DNA of 63,144 nucleotides, filler included, from Chiloscyllium plagiosum (Eukaryota): NCBI RefSeq assembly GCF_004010195.1. It is 4 parts of one record of this genome, joined end to end, with 100 filler letters (N's around TTAATTAATTAA, not from the genome) between each part and the next. Parts side by side here need not be neighbours in the genome. Positions count along the whole stretch, not along the records: positions 42,127 to 60,655 come from NC_057712.1; positions 60,756 to 63,144 come from NC_057712.1; 2 more parts are not named here. The stretch is one strand, 5' to 3'. How positions within the stretch are numbered: position 1 is the first letter of the stretch; every line of letters begins with the position of its first letter. The notes beneath the pieces were generated by a model. The model saw only the letters and a program-made list of their open reading frames with translations, was not told where the DNA came from and did no database searches. Below are positions 50,981 through 63,144 of this stretch, piece after piece. The position numbers and the translations under genes were made by a program.

Positions 50981-52660
50981 TGCATTAGAAGAGCACCTTA
51001 AATGCCCTGCACCTTGGATTTCCACTGTCATTCTCCACTTAAGTAACGCTCTGCCTTTGCATTCTTTATATCCCTGTGTAATCTGCAAATTTACCATGTT
51101 ACCATTTATTTAATTAAAAGACCTTCATCTAAGTCATTGATATAAATTATAAAAAGGTGAAATGCATCAATGATATCTGTAGAACTCCATTCATCACATC
51201 CTGCCAATTAAACAAAGGCATATATAACTCTCTCTTTTCTGCTAGGCAGGCAATCTTCTAACTACATAAAAATTTATTACCCAATACCACAAGTCTTTAT
51301 TTTCTACAACAAGCTACGACATTGCTCCTTGTCAAATACCTTTCAAAAATTCTCAAGAGTGGATGTATGTCAATAGCTCCCCTTTATCCACAACACACGT
51401 TACTCCTTCAAAAAATCTAATCAACTGGTTAAACAAGATTCTCCTTTTACAAAACCTACCAATGAGGAAATGGAAATTTCACATTCCAACTTAATTAAAG
51501 CATGTCCCAAGTCACATTTCCTGCTCTTCTGGGTTATATAAAACTCACACCATCATTTCCACATATTGGTAGGCATATAGATTGATCTGGATTGGGATGA
51601 TTGTATGATGCGGACAAAATTCAAAATTAGTCACAAACTTTACTTCTAGTCTCACAGAGAGCAGGTGCATATATGATAGTGGAAAGAGTGATCTAAATGC
51701 AAATGAAATAAGCCATGTTCACAATTTACAAAGTAAAATATATGAGGCTAGGATTTGTGAAGGTTACTACTTTACTATATATGACGCAAATTCTCTAATA
51801 TATTTATGAAGTGAGCTAATATGAGGACAAAGACTCTGCTTTGGTACAATATTAATACTCACATGAAGGACAGCTGAGAACGATGAAAATGCTAATGTCC
51901 ATCAGATTGATGCACTTGTGATTTGTTGTCCAACAGAAATTATATTTATAGATACATCCTAGCAGCTGAGTTGAAATCACAGTATTCAATGTAAGTGCTC
52001 GCTGTCTCAACCCATTAAAATTCCTTTGTAATATTTTACTAAATTACTGTCAATAAATATGGAAATTTTCAAAGAACTGGAAAGAAAGCTTGCTTTGAGA
52101 ATTTGGTGATATCTAGTTTTCAGTTCAGAATAGATTTTACTTCATGATGGGTGCACCCATCACTATTCCTATGTCAATAAATATTGATGTATCAAAGTTA
52201 TCTACTCCAGATAGTTGGTAGATTTAACTAACGTATTTCAATTACGCAAACACTATCTAATTAACATCAATTAGATCTCCATATTCCTCATTTTGCCAGC
52301 TTACTCGCCCGAAACGTCGATTTCGAAGCTCCTTGGATGCTGCCTGAACTGCTGTGCTCTTCCAGCACCACTAATCCAGAATCTGGTTTCCAGCAACCGC
52401 AGTCATTGTTTTTACCCCGTACATTTTGGCTTCACCAGCATCCATTCAAAAACTGAAAACAGAAATTGCTGGAGAAACTCAGCAGGTCTGGCTGCATCTA
52501 TGGAGTGAAAGCAGACTTAATGTTTTGAATCATAAAGTCATACAGCATGGAACCAGATCCTTCGGTTCAACCAGTCCATGCTGAACATAATCCTAACCTA
52601 AACTAGCTCCACCTGCCTGCTCCTGGCCCATGTCCCTCTAAACCTTTCCTATCATGTGGA

Positions 52661-52784
52661 GTTCTGTGATTGGTGGGGTGGTAGGTGAGGACCAGTGGGG
52701 TTCTGTGATTGATGGGGTGGTAGGTGAGGACCAGTGGGGTTCTGTGATTGGTGGGGTGGTAGGTGAGGACCAGTGGGGTTCTGT
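52661..52784. repeat. 39-bp tandem repeat x3, antisense copy of the adjacent PLE 5' junction
   Basis: GTTCTGTGATTGGTGGGGTGGTAGGTGAGGACCAGTGGG at 52661, 52700 and 52739. Confidence 0.95.
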
Positions 52785-53430
52785 CCCACTGGTCCTCACC
52801 TACCACCCCACCAATCTCCATGTACAGCGTATCATCCGCCGTCATTTCCGCCACCTCCAAACAGACCCCACCACCAAGGATATATTTCCCTCCCCTCCCC
52901 TATCAGCATTCCGTAAAGACCACTCCTTCCGTGACTCCCTCGTCAGACCCACACCCCCCACCAACCCAACCTCCACTCCCGGCACCCTCCCCTGCAACCG
53001 CAGGAGGTGCAAGACTCGCGCCCACNNNNNNNNNNNNNNNNNNNNNNNNNNNNNNNNNNNNNNNNNNNNNNNNNNNNNNNNNNNNNNNNNNNNNNNNNNN
53101 NNNNNNNNNNNNNNNNNNNNNNNNNNNNNNNNNNNNNNNNNNNNNNNNNNNNNNNNNNNNNNNNNNNNNNNNNNNNNNNNNNNNCACCGCCTTCCTAACC
53201 TGCAATCTTCTTCCTGACCTCTCCGCCCCCCCCCCACTCTGACCCATCACCCCCACCTTGACCTCTTTCCACCTATCGCATTTCCAACGCCCCTCCCCCA
53301 AGTCCCTCCTCCCTACCTTTTATCTTAGCCTGCTGGACACACTTTCCTCATTCCTGAAGAAGGACTTATGCCCGAAATGTCGATTCTCCTGTTCCCTGGA
53401 TGCTGCCTGTTCCAGCAACACATTTTCAGT
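52785..53430 (+). mobile_element. Penelope-like element 3' part (contains 159-N gap 53026-53184)
   Basis: PLVLTYHPTNLHVQRIIRRHFRHLQTDPTTKDIFPSPPLSAFRKDHSFRDSLVR...PGTLPCNRRRCKT; hammerhead-like core 53354-53381. Confidence 0.9.
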
Positions 53431-56400
53431 GAAGTCCTTCCCTATCCAGCTTTATTTTTTTATTCGAATCTTCCATACCCGGCAACATCCTGGTAAGTCA
53501 CTTCTGAGCCTGCTGCTGTTTGATAATATCCATTCTATAAGTGGATGACCAGAACTGGACACAGTACTCCTGAAGAGGCCTCACAAATGTCAGGTGACCC
53601 TCATTCAAAAGTGATCGCAGCTAGGACCTTGCAGCCTTCAAAAACCAATACTGAAATCAATTTGGAACCTGAACACATCTTTCCATTCCTTTAGCCACTT
53701 GCACACCCCAGGTTCTTTCATGACATCAGCTGCTTTCAGCACAGCCAACTCATTTTCTCCCACTTATAATCCTCATTTTCAGCTTTTCTCCTTCCTTAAT
53801 TTACTATCAGCCATTTCTTTGTCAGCCTAACTTTTTCCTCTCACTCTGGGCTCCATTTCCAACTATCGGCTCATTCCTTTTTCCCCACAACCCTTGTCAT
53901 CTCCGTATATGCCACCTTTTCCTAGCTACTTTCATTTCTGAAGAAGGATTCCAACTGTATCCACAAATCTGCTGCATTCAAGCTGCTTAAGATTGCTGTG
54001 GAAAGGAAGCCAATGTTGTCAGCAGTTTTTGTCTGACCATCATTCCTGATGTTGTTTATGTGAGTGGCGCTTCCTATGGGGCCTTCATTATTGTATTATG
54101 TTCAAATCTCTCTTGTCAATTTTTCCAATATCAATTTACTCTCAAATATCCAACCAATGTTGTTAACATGGATCAGAAAGTTTAGTGTAAGCAAACGGTA
54201 ATTCATGTAAGCAACCAAACTGAACAAAGAATGGGAGGTAAGGTCCCAGGGTGCCAGGTAAATAGAATTCCACTTGTGCACAGTGCCATTTGGATACAGA
54301 GTTGCTTGATAGGCACTAAGGGATAGGGTTACAGTTACATAGGATGCCAGCGGGGTAGGATCTGCTGATGTGCAAAGATGGTCAGTCCACAGTACATGTT
54401 GGTCTATTTATTTCTGCATTCCTTGAACACTTCTATAGATGAATAAATAGTTTGGTATCCCCATCCTGTTTTCCCCTAGTTTCTATGGACTGACCTAACT
54501 GACTGATCTTGGCCTTACGCTTTGAGTGATAGACCCAGAAAGTCCCAGAGGAGAAATGCCCAGTCGTCTGACTCTGGGGTGTACACCTTCCCAACCTCAT
54601 TGACAAAACCCCCTGACTGGCTGCTATGAAATCACAGGACTCAACATAGCCTATCCAGAGATTCCAGAGGTATGCATCCCCGACTGAGAAATCCTGACTG
54701 GACTTCTGACCACGGTTAATCCCAGGACTGGTGTGGGAGGCAGCCCTTGACCTACCAAACCAGGAATCCCTAATTGACTGGTCCGTCCATGGGCTTTGTT
54801 GAGGATTACTCCTCTAAGTCTTTGAGACATGTCTCCCTGCTGGCTGCACTTGCAGTGTGTTCACTGCATAAGCTGCTAGTGTATGATGCAGATGTAAGAT
54901 TGGTGTAGTATACTGCCTTATAGCAAGGTGTACGCTCCTTTGACTGAGGGCTGCTAACCAGCAATGCAACCTGCCTTGTTTTGTAACTGCATTAAAAAGC
55001 ATGTCAAGGCAGGGATGCGCTAGGCATGTATATGATCACCAAGTGAGTGAGCACTAAGAAAGGAAGTGAACAGCCCTTAAATCTAACGCATTCTGATCTA
55101 GGAGCTGAGTGCCTGTCCCTACACATACAATGTCCTTGCAGCAGTCTTTCAATGCTAGCTGCTAGTGCACCATGCAATGCAGTCTGTGCTTCCTTAGCAT
55201 AGCGCAAGTGGATTGGAGAGATGTCAGGAGGATCTCGAGGGTGCTGACAAATATGAGATGCCAATGTCCGCTGGTACATGTGGCTGATGTCCATAGATCA
55301 TGCCCTGAGATGCAGTAATGTGGGAACTAACACAAAGGCCAATTGCAGCCAGCGGTGAGCTGAATTTGCCAGATACTCCCTTTGACTTCCTTGTTGAGAA
55401 TTTCCACTTTCTAGTTTGCTCATGATGTGTGGTAGAATAGGAAGCAAAATTTGGCAGTTCATAAGGTCATTAACAAGCAATAGTTCACCTTAATAGACAA
55501 CTCACTGCCAAAGCAGTAAACTTGCCTCAACGCCCAGAATTTAGTTAAAACATGCAAAGATTTTCTCCCAAAGTCAAGATAGACCTCATTGGGTTTCTCA
55601 CATGATTCTAACACATTTCTCATGATGTTCGGCCCTATAATATTCCTCCTTATGTCTCTGTTTAAACAAATTTTATATTATTATTCATTTTCATATCTAC
55701 TGTTGATTTTGTTGAGATACTCAATTAATTGATGCATTTTGACATTATAATGAGATGTTGCCTGTTTGCAGTGTACCATAAAATTGATTTTTCAAGTTTA
55801 TGGACTGGGTTTAATCTTGTTGGCAAGAACACACATTACAAATTTAATAGGATCATTGAGACCAAAACTCTACTAATTTAACAAAACAAAAAATCATAAG
55901 CAACTGCATATCTAATAAACCCAGGGGAAATGTAATCAGCTCCTTTCAGTCAGCATTCACACAAGTTTATCAAATTGAACTTGATTATCATTTTCTCCAT
56001 TGTAGCGTAACCCATGAACTTGGTGTTCATCAACAGTCTGAAAGGTAAGCCAGTCTGAGCTGTATCAGCACAACTTTTCCTTTCCGGAGGTAGCTTAATG
56101 GGTTAAGCTGGTCCTGGAGAGAAACACAACCCTTTCAGCAATTTCAGTTTTAAATAGAAATAGCATATAAGGAAGCCATTCAGCCTATTTATCCTATGCT
56201 GACTCCATGCAAGTAAAACACTTCACACCCCTTTTTAACATGTTCTACAATACTTTTAAATCAATACTGCTACAAACAATTACTTGTGATTTCATTATTA
56301 GTCGCATTGAAAAATATGATTTGAAAGTGTCAGAATGGATGTTTTAAGGAATAATTAGAATAGGTCAGACAATAATTAGAACAATAACTTGTGGCGAGAA

Positions 56401-56649
56401 AAACGGCTGTGGAATAGGAAACAGAGTGTAATTGTTTCAGAATGGGCAAATACTGCAAATGCTGGAAATTTGTAATAAAAACAGAAAGTGTTGGAGAAAT
56501 TCAGCAGGTCTAGCAGCATCTGTGGAGAGAGAAACAGAGATAATGGTTTGAGTTTAATGTCACTCTTTCAAGAAGACCCATACTGGATTCCAACTTTAAC
56601 TCTGTTTTTCCCTCCACAGATGCAGTCAGAACTGTTGAATGTCTCTAGA

Positions 56650-57505
56650 GTGCAATGGTTAATGAGTATAGTTGTGCTGGAGGGAGGTTTGCAGTGGGGT
56701 TCCTCAGGGGTCATTATTGGCTTCCTGATTTATATTAATTATACAGATCTTGGAATGCAGGGAACAATTTCAAAGTTTGTGGATAATAGCAAACCTAGGA
56801 GCATTGTAAACTATGAGGAGGAATATTCCAAAGGGCATTGACAACTTAGAGGAATGGGTGGTTAGGTGGTAGATGAAGTTTGATGCGGAGAAGTTCAATG
56901 TGATGCATTTTGGTACAAAGAACATAGAGACAGCATAAAATAAGATATACTACTCTAAAGGGCATTCAGGAACAGATAGACTTGGATGTAAATGTAGATA
57001 AGTCACTAGAGTGAGCAGAATAGGTGGATAAAGCAGCTAATCAAATACACAATCTTTGATGTTTTGTTTCTAGGAGCATAGAATGAAAAAGCAGGGAGGC
57101 TATGTTGAATTTATATACTATATTTGTTAGACCTCAGCTGGAGTAGTGTGTATAGTTCCAGGTGCCACACTTTAGGAAAGATGTGAATGCTTGTGAGAGA
57201 ATGCAGAAATGATTTAGGAAAACAGCACCCAGGATGAGACACTTGAGTTATAAGGGTAGTTTTAGATTTTGGGACTGTTTTCCTTGGAGAGAGAAAGGCT
57301 CAGAGGACATCTGATAGAAGTTATCAAAATCATTTGTTGTTTGGCAGAGTAGATAGGAAGGAATCATTCCCGCTCGTAAGAGTGGAAAGAACCAGATGGT
57401 GCAGAGTTGAGGGTTTTGCAAAAGAAGCAAACATGAAATGATTTTAAAAATCCACTTTTTTGCGCTGCCTAGAATATGGTGGTGGCAGGTTCAATTGAGG
57501 CATTA
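56650..57505 (+). mobile_element. Old CR1 LINE 3' portion
   Basis: IYINYTDLGMQGTISKFVDNSK (FADD-derived), GTTAGACCTCAGCTGGAGTA (VRPQLE). Confidence 0.75.
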
Positions 57506-58299
57506 GAAACTATCAGCTGAATTTTACCAGAACTTGGCTGTGTCAACTTTAACAAGTCTCATTAAGAATTTCTTTCTGTGAGTCCTTGTGAGGTTTCTCA
57601 GGCTGCTTGCTGAAACTCCCCTCATTATTTATGCATCATGGATCTATGGAACCTCACTCCTCCTTTCTTCCTTTCCGTCAGAGGCAAACATATTTGCTGC
57701 TGCTGGTACCTACTAGGATTCCTGACACCAGTATCACTTTTAAAGCTTTGTCAATTGCTATCAGCCAGGAGTTGCCTGTCATGATGAATGTGATGGGAGG
57801 GGAACCAAATATAAACAATTCTTGGGGCACATAGTGACACAGCTGACTCTTCCTTGCACGTATAAACACATATTCTTAAATGTATTTCTGTTTAAGAGCT
57901 AAAATACAAGGCTATCTGTCCTGAGCATCATCCCATCTTAGAACAACATCTCAGAGATTGTTACTCTTTCCCCAGAGCACAATAATAGTCTAACATCTTC
58001 TTGTGGGACCATCACATTCCGGAAGTTCTTAAAACAGTTAAAAGCCATCACTTTTATTCAGCATCAATAAAAGTGAAGAACAAATCAAACAATAAAAAGC
58101 TGCATTTGCTTCTGGAACCAATTGTCTTCCCAGCAGCAACAAATTTACTGTAAATGAATGATCACATCACCCACCTCTCATCTGTTGGAACCGGGTGTCA
58201 ATGAAATCCTTTCTGGCTCATTGTGGCCAGTACTGTATCATCCTATCATGCTAAAAGTAATCTTCCTCCTGCCCAAGATTCTCACCTTTCTTCTTGGGA

Positions 58300-58790
58300 G
58301 ACAGCTGTCACTTTCCCAACTCTTCAGTATCCATCCCATCCTCCCTTTGCTTGCTTCAGCTAGCCAGAGCAGAGTATGCAAAGCTTATGTGATCCACAAT
58401 GTCTCAACTGTACATTCAGTCTTCCCCCGGATCAATCCAAGCATTAGGACTTCATTTTCCACAGACCTACTACCAAGCCCACATTGGTCCTGGTTGACAA
58501 ATGGGCAGCATTTTATCTGCACTGAGCTTCAGTCAGGGGGAGGGGTTGCATAATGGAATCATCACCTATGGTCGCATCCATGTCTCTCAGCAACCATTCT
58601 TGTGAGGCAATGACCTTTGATAGTTTAGCATACACCTCCATGATGTGAAACCATGGAGGATTCTGAGAAAGTTGGTCCCCTGAATGGCTCTAAGTGGATC
58701 TTTGACATAGGAACCTTATTGTGAGGAATAAGCACCATCCATGTTACAAAAATATTATTGCAAAAACCCACTCAAAATATATTAAGAAGA
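58300..58790 (-). mobile_element. PIF/Harbinger transposase relic
   Basis: Minus-strand NMDGAY, HGFTS, EWLLRDMD and LTEAQCR*NAAHLSTRTNVGLVVGLWKMKS*CLD*SGG, matching the HARBI1-type C-terminus (GWLLGD..YN.AH..TR..IE..GLLK.RFRCLD.SGG). Confidence 0.75.
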
Positions 58791-59376
58791 TAGCCTAGAC
58801 CCCAAGGCAAATGTAAGACATTGTGTTCTGGATGAAACTCGATTGGTCAAACTACCAGGCTTGTAGCAAAACACATTGTAGTCTTATTCTATAGATAAAA
58901 TGGAAGCAAAATAAGAATTAAAAAAATTAACAAATATACATTAACTATCACTAATTAGCTGTCCCAAGATAGTAACATCTCATAAGTACACCCTTGACAG
59001 ATGCAAATTCAGTAAAATAGATTGTCTCGTATGCAATGGTTTTCCTGTCCAGGAGGAAAGAACAGCAAGAGAAAACTCTCAGAGAGAGAAAGAACTCATG
59101 AGGACTCACAGCAGGGAGAGATGTATCATAGTTTCCAAACCTGAACAAATACTGAAAGTTAAACTATAATCCTGGTTCTGTGGGAGCTTGACCCCACCCC
59201 TTCATCCTGCTTCTGTTGTTCCAATAATAAAAAAAAGCCAAAGTTTGCTGGAGTCAGAGCAGAAAGCTTATTTCCATCTTTATAACACTTGCTTTCAAAA
59301 GAAACATGACAGAACAAATCCTTCTTAAAGGTGCATCTTATAACACAGCAGGAGTTGTATAATGTTGTATGTTGTA

Positions 59377-60245
59377 TGGAGAAAGTGAAGTCACATGGTG
59401 TGCAGGGTGTTCTAGCTAGGTGGGTAAAGAACTGGTTGAGTAACAGGAGGCAGAGAGTAGTAATTGAAGGGAGTTTCTCGAAATGGAGAAAGGTGACCAG
59501 TGGTGTTCCACAGGGATCAGTGCTGGGGCCATTGTTGTTTGTGATTTTCATAAATGATCTAGAAGAGGGCATTGTTGGTATGATCAGCAAGTTTGCAGAT
59601 GACACAAAGATCGGTGGAGCTGCATAGGGGACTGTCAAAGAATACAGGAGAATATAGATAGACTGGAGAGTTGGGCGGAGAAGTGGCACATGGAGTTCAA
59701 TCCAGGCAAATGTGAGGTGATGCATTTTGGGAAGTATAATTCCAGAGCGAATTATATAGTAACAGAAGAGCCTTGGGAAAAGTTGATGAGCAGAGAGATC
59801 TGGGAATGCAGGTCCATTGTACCTTGAAGGTTACTGCACAAATGGATAGCGTGGTCAAGAAGGCATATGGTATGCTTGCCTTCATTGGACAGGGTATTGA
59901 GTATAAGAGCTGGTAGGTCATGTTAAAATTGTACAAGACATTGGTTCGGCCGCATTTAGAATACTGTGTACAGTTCTGGTTGCCATGTTACTAAAAGGAT
60001 GTGGACGCTTTGGAGAGGGTGCAGAGAAGGTTTACAAGGATGTTGCCTGGTGTGGAAGGTGCTAGCTATGAAGAGAGGTTGAGTAGGTTAGGATTATTTC
60101 CATTCAAAAAAAAGGAGATTAAGGGGAGATCTGATTGAGGTCTACAAAATCATGAAGGGTATAAACAGGGTAGATGAATATAAGCTTTTTCCCAGGGTGA
60201 AGGATTCAATAACGGGAGGTCACGCTTTCAGAGTGAGAGATGAAA
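59377..60245 (+). mobile_element. CR1 LINE RT fragment
   Basis: [14 protein letters not shown]...[21 protein letters not shown]...[10 protein letters not shown]. Confidence 0.9.
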
Positions 60246-60247
60246 TG

Positions 60248-60655
60248 TTAGAACATAGAAAAATACAGCACAGTAAAGGCCCTTTGGCCCTAGATGTTGC
60301 GCCGATCCAAGCCCACCTAACCTACACTAGCCCACTATCCTCCATTTGCCTATCCAATGCCCATTTAAATGCCTATAAAGAGGGAGAGTCCACCACTGCT
60401 ACTGGCAGGGCATTCCATGAACTCACGACTCGCTGAGTAAAGAATCTACCCCTAACATCTGAACTATACCTACCACCCCTTAATTTAAAGCTATGCCCCC
60501 TCGTAATAGCTGACTCCATACGTGGAAAAAGCTTCTCATGGTCAACCCTATCTAAACCCCTAATCATCTTGTACACCTCTATCAAGTCACCCCTAAACCT
60601 TCTTTACACCATTGAAAACAACCCCAAGTGCCTCAGCCCTTCCTCATACGATCTT
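60248..60655 (-). mobile_element. CR1 LINE 3' end (same subfamily as 42173-43010)
   Basis: IEVYKMIRGLDRVDHEKLFP...FFTQRVVSSWNALP. Confidence 0.9.
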
Positions 60656-60755
60656 NNNNNNNNNNNNNNNNNNNNNNNNNNNNNNNNNNNNNNNNNNNNT
60701 TAATTAATTAANNNNNNNNNNNNNNNNNNNNNNNNNNNNNNNNNNNNNNNNNNNN
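60656..60755. other. Assembly spacer (44 N + TTAATTAATTAA + 44 N)
   Basis: Same construct as 19819-19918. Confidence 0.97.
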
Positions 60756-60948
60756 CTCACCTTAACCTCCTTCCACCTATCGCATTTCCAACGCCCCTCC
60801 CCCAAGTCCCTTCTCCCTACCTTTTATCTTAGCCTGCTGGACACACTTTCCTCATTCCTGAAGAAGGGCTCATGCCCGAAACGTCGATTCTCCTGCTCCT
60901 TGGATGCTGCCTGACCTGCTGCGCTTTTCCAGCAACACATTTTCAGCT
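60756..60948 (+). mobile_element. Penelope-like 3' end
   Basis: Near-identical to 1-150 and 53250-53430. Confidence 0.85.
60858..60885 (+). ncRNA. Minimal hammerhead core, intact conserved boxes
   Basis: CUGAAGA-A-GGGC-UCAU-GCCC-GAAA-CGUC; GUC cleavage triplet; stem I weak. Confidence 0.65.
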
Positions 60949-62099
60949 ACCCCATAATCTTCTAAACTCTAGAGAAATCAGACCTAATTTGTATAATAAT
61001 GCTATAAACCTGCAGTTACTTTTCCCTGATTATAATCTAACCTTTATTTATTTTCCATTTCCCAATCAGAAATTTGCACTTCTCCAGTTGGCGGAGGAAG
61101 AGTCAGAAAAAGGTGAAGGGACAGCATCACTCAATTTCAGTTTTACAGTCAACAGTTGAGATATTGACACGAAATACAAGAGAGAATAAAGGCAGAATCT
61201 GCAAGTGGTGTGATGCCAGGAGCAATATTGCAGGAGCAAGCACTGGGAAATATTACAGCGCAAGTGTTAGTTTGCTAGAAAGTAAGGTCACTAGTTCTGC
61301 TGCAAAGAATTCCGTTAAAGACTTTGATGGATAAAGTTATAGATGAAGGCTGAAGGGTGTACATATCCAAATGTTTAGTTCACTGTTACAAAGGATGTGT
61401 AAAATGTCAAAGAACATGGAGGATTCCAGTGCCAACATGACAAAGAGCTTTGTGCAGAACGTGTTTCTAAGATGGAATGGGTAGCCACCTTCTTGCACAC
61501 TTGTGAAGCATCTGATGCTGATATCTTAGGTCCAACTGAAATACTATTGAGATCTACACGTCTGAGTGCTGAGGCAAAAGCATGGACTGCTGCTGTCATA
61601 GTTCTGGAATCCAGTATGGAAAGGAACTTTCAGTGAGTCACAACACTCCAGCAATCTATTCTGCGATGAGTCTCTCTTTATATATTACATCTTACTTACA
61701 GCCCTTCACCCACATTTTCTCTCTTCCAGCAGTAGGTGCCACATACCATCCAGGCCTATAGGAAGTTCATTTATGCAAAAGCCTTTAAGGCATCAAAAGG
61801 TACTTCAGCACCCACCCAATGACAGCTTAGATTTATATTGTGCCTTTATCTAGTGAAACATCCCTTTATGGGTATTCAAGGGTCTTCATGGGTATGCACC
61901 AAAAATAGATGAATTTCAAAAGATATTAGCCCAGCTGACCAAAAGCTTGTTTAAAGAGGAAGGAACTGCTATAAGAAATCAACCTGCACCTAACCTCTAA
62001 GTGGTTAACAATCTTTTCCAACCGGTTCTGGTGGGAGGGGATCGTTCATGCCACTAAATTCATTTTCAGCTATAGGAAAATTAAGTGACTGTGAAAGCT

Positions 62100-62330
62100 G
62101 CAGGTGTAGTTAACTGTCACTGGACTACTAATTCAGAGATTGCTTTCGGGAACCAGGTTGAAATCACACCATGGTAAGTGATGAAATCTGAATTCAAATA
62201 AATCTTGAATTAAAAGTCTGACAGTGACGATATAATCATTGTTGATTGTTGTAAAACCTATCTGCTTCACTGATGTTCCTTATGGAAGCAAAGCTGCCAT
62301 TCTTACTTGATCTGGTCTGTACGTAATTCC
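62100..62330 (+). mobile_element. SacSINE1-like Deu-SINE (partial, diverged)
   Basis: Homologous to 12030-12270. Confidence 0.7.
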
Positions 62331-62618
62331 GAAGTGTCAGTAATGTCAAAATAGTTATATGTAGCACACAATGCTTGATATATCAGACGTGTTATAAATA
62401 CTTTAATAAAGACAGTAATGCCAGTTTTATGAGCTCAACTGTAATATGCTTACTGTGCTTATCAATTAAATCCTTTTTTTGTAGCAATTACTGTTTCTTT
62501 TGTCATAATTTGTAATATATTAAAATTAATGCTAATGATTGAAATGAATTGTGCAGTTATATTAAGGACACTAGAGGACCTCGCTGAGCTAGAAATGTTT
62601 GCAGTATTTTTAAGCGTT

Positions 62619-62946
62619 GTGGAAACAGGCCATTTGGCCCAATAAGTCTACAGCGATTCTCCAAAGAGTATCCCACCCAAACCCTACCCTCATACTCTAT
62701 GTTGGCCCTGACTAATGCATCTAACCCGACACAACCCTGAACATTATGGGCAATTTAGCATGACCAATTCACCTTATTTGCACATCTTTGGATTGTGGGA
62801 GGAAACCAGAGCACCCAGAAGAAACCCACACAAACACAGGGATAATGTGCAAACTCCAGACAGACAGTTGCCCGAGGTTGAAATTGAATCCAGTTCCCTG
62901 GTGCTGTGAGGCAGCATTACTAACTAGTGAGCCACCAGGCTGTCCT
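62619..62946 (-). mobile_element. HE1-type V-SINE
   Basis: Homologous to 923-1223. Confidence 0.9.
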
Positions 62947-63011
62947 AACATCTCTGAAAGAAATATGAAAATGCCTGTATGCAAGAATTTTTGTTCTGCC
63001 TGTCAGCATGA

Positions 63012-63144
63012 CAGAAGTGGATTCTGGATTAGTGGTGCTGGAAGAGCACAGCAGTTCAGGCAGCATCCAAGGAGCAGCAAAATCGACATTTCGGGCAAAA
63101 GCCCTTCATCAGGAATAAAGGCAGAGAGCCTGAAGCGTGGAGAG
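63012..63144 (-). mobile_element. Penelope-like 3' end with hammerhead core
   Basis: Minus strand CTGATGA-A-GGGC-TTTT-GCCC-GAAA-TGTC at 63085-63112; related to 52305-52415. Confidence 0.8.

Noticed and set aside
52661..52784. CRISPR-like appearance of 39-bp repeats
   Set aside because: No spacers, eukaryotic context, and the unit derives from the adjacent Penelope sequence

Overview
Eukaryotic, repeat-saturated intronic/intergenic DNA, most likely from a shark. The taxon is inferred from HE1-type V-SINEs, SacSINE1-type Deu-SINEs and HER1/CR1 LINEs. I cannot recognise any host protein-coding gene; nearly every long ORF is a transposon fragment or its antisense shadow. Contents: about 20 CR1/HER1 fragments (one nearly intact ORF2/RT at 37.6-39.55 kb), Rex1/Babar, RTE and L1 remnants, several Penelope-like (PLE) families, a Gypsy gag relic, a probable solo LTR, Harbinger relics, and five assembly gaps. 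Three gaps carry an artificial TTAATTAATTAA spacer. Most notable: (i) several distinct PLE families, including short non-coding and fold-back derivatives, carry minimal hammerhead ribozyme cores; (ii) a triple antisense 39-nt repeat plus a perfect hairpin at a PLE 5' junction; (iii) a three-level nested insertion with visible target-site duplications; (iv) a ~235-bp inverted duplication of unexplained sequence; (v) a pre-miRNA-like hairpin beside a strong splice donor, plus a few candidate exons and a candidate promoter. Nothing here proves a new biological system. Boundaries of old elements are approximate and family names come from recalled motifs, not database searches.
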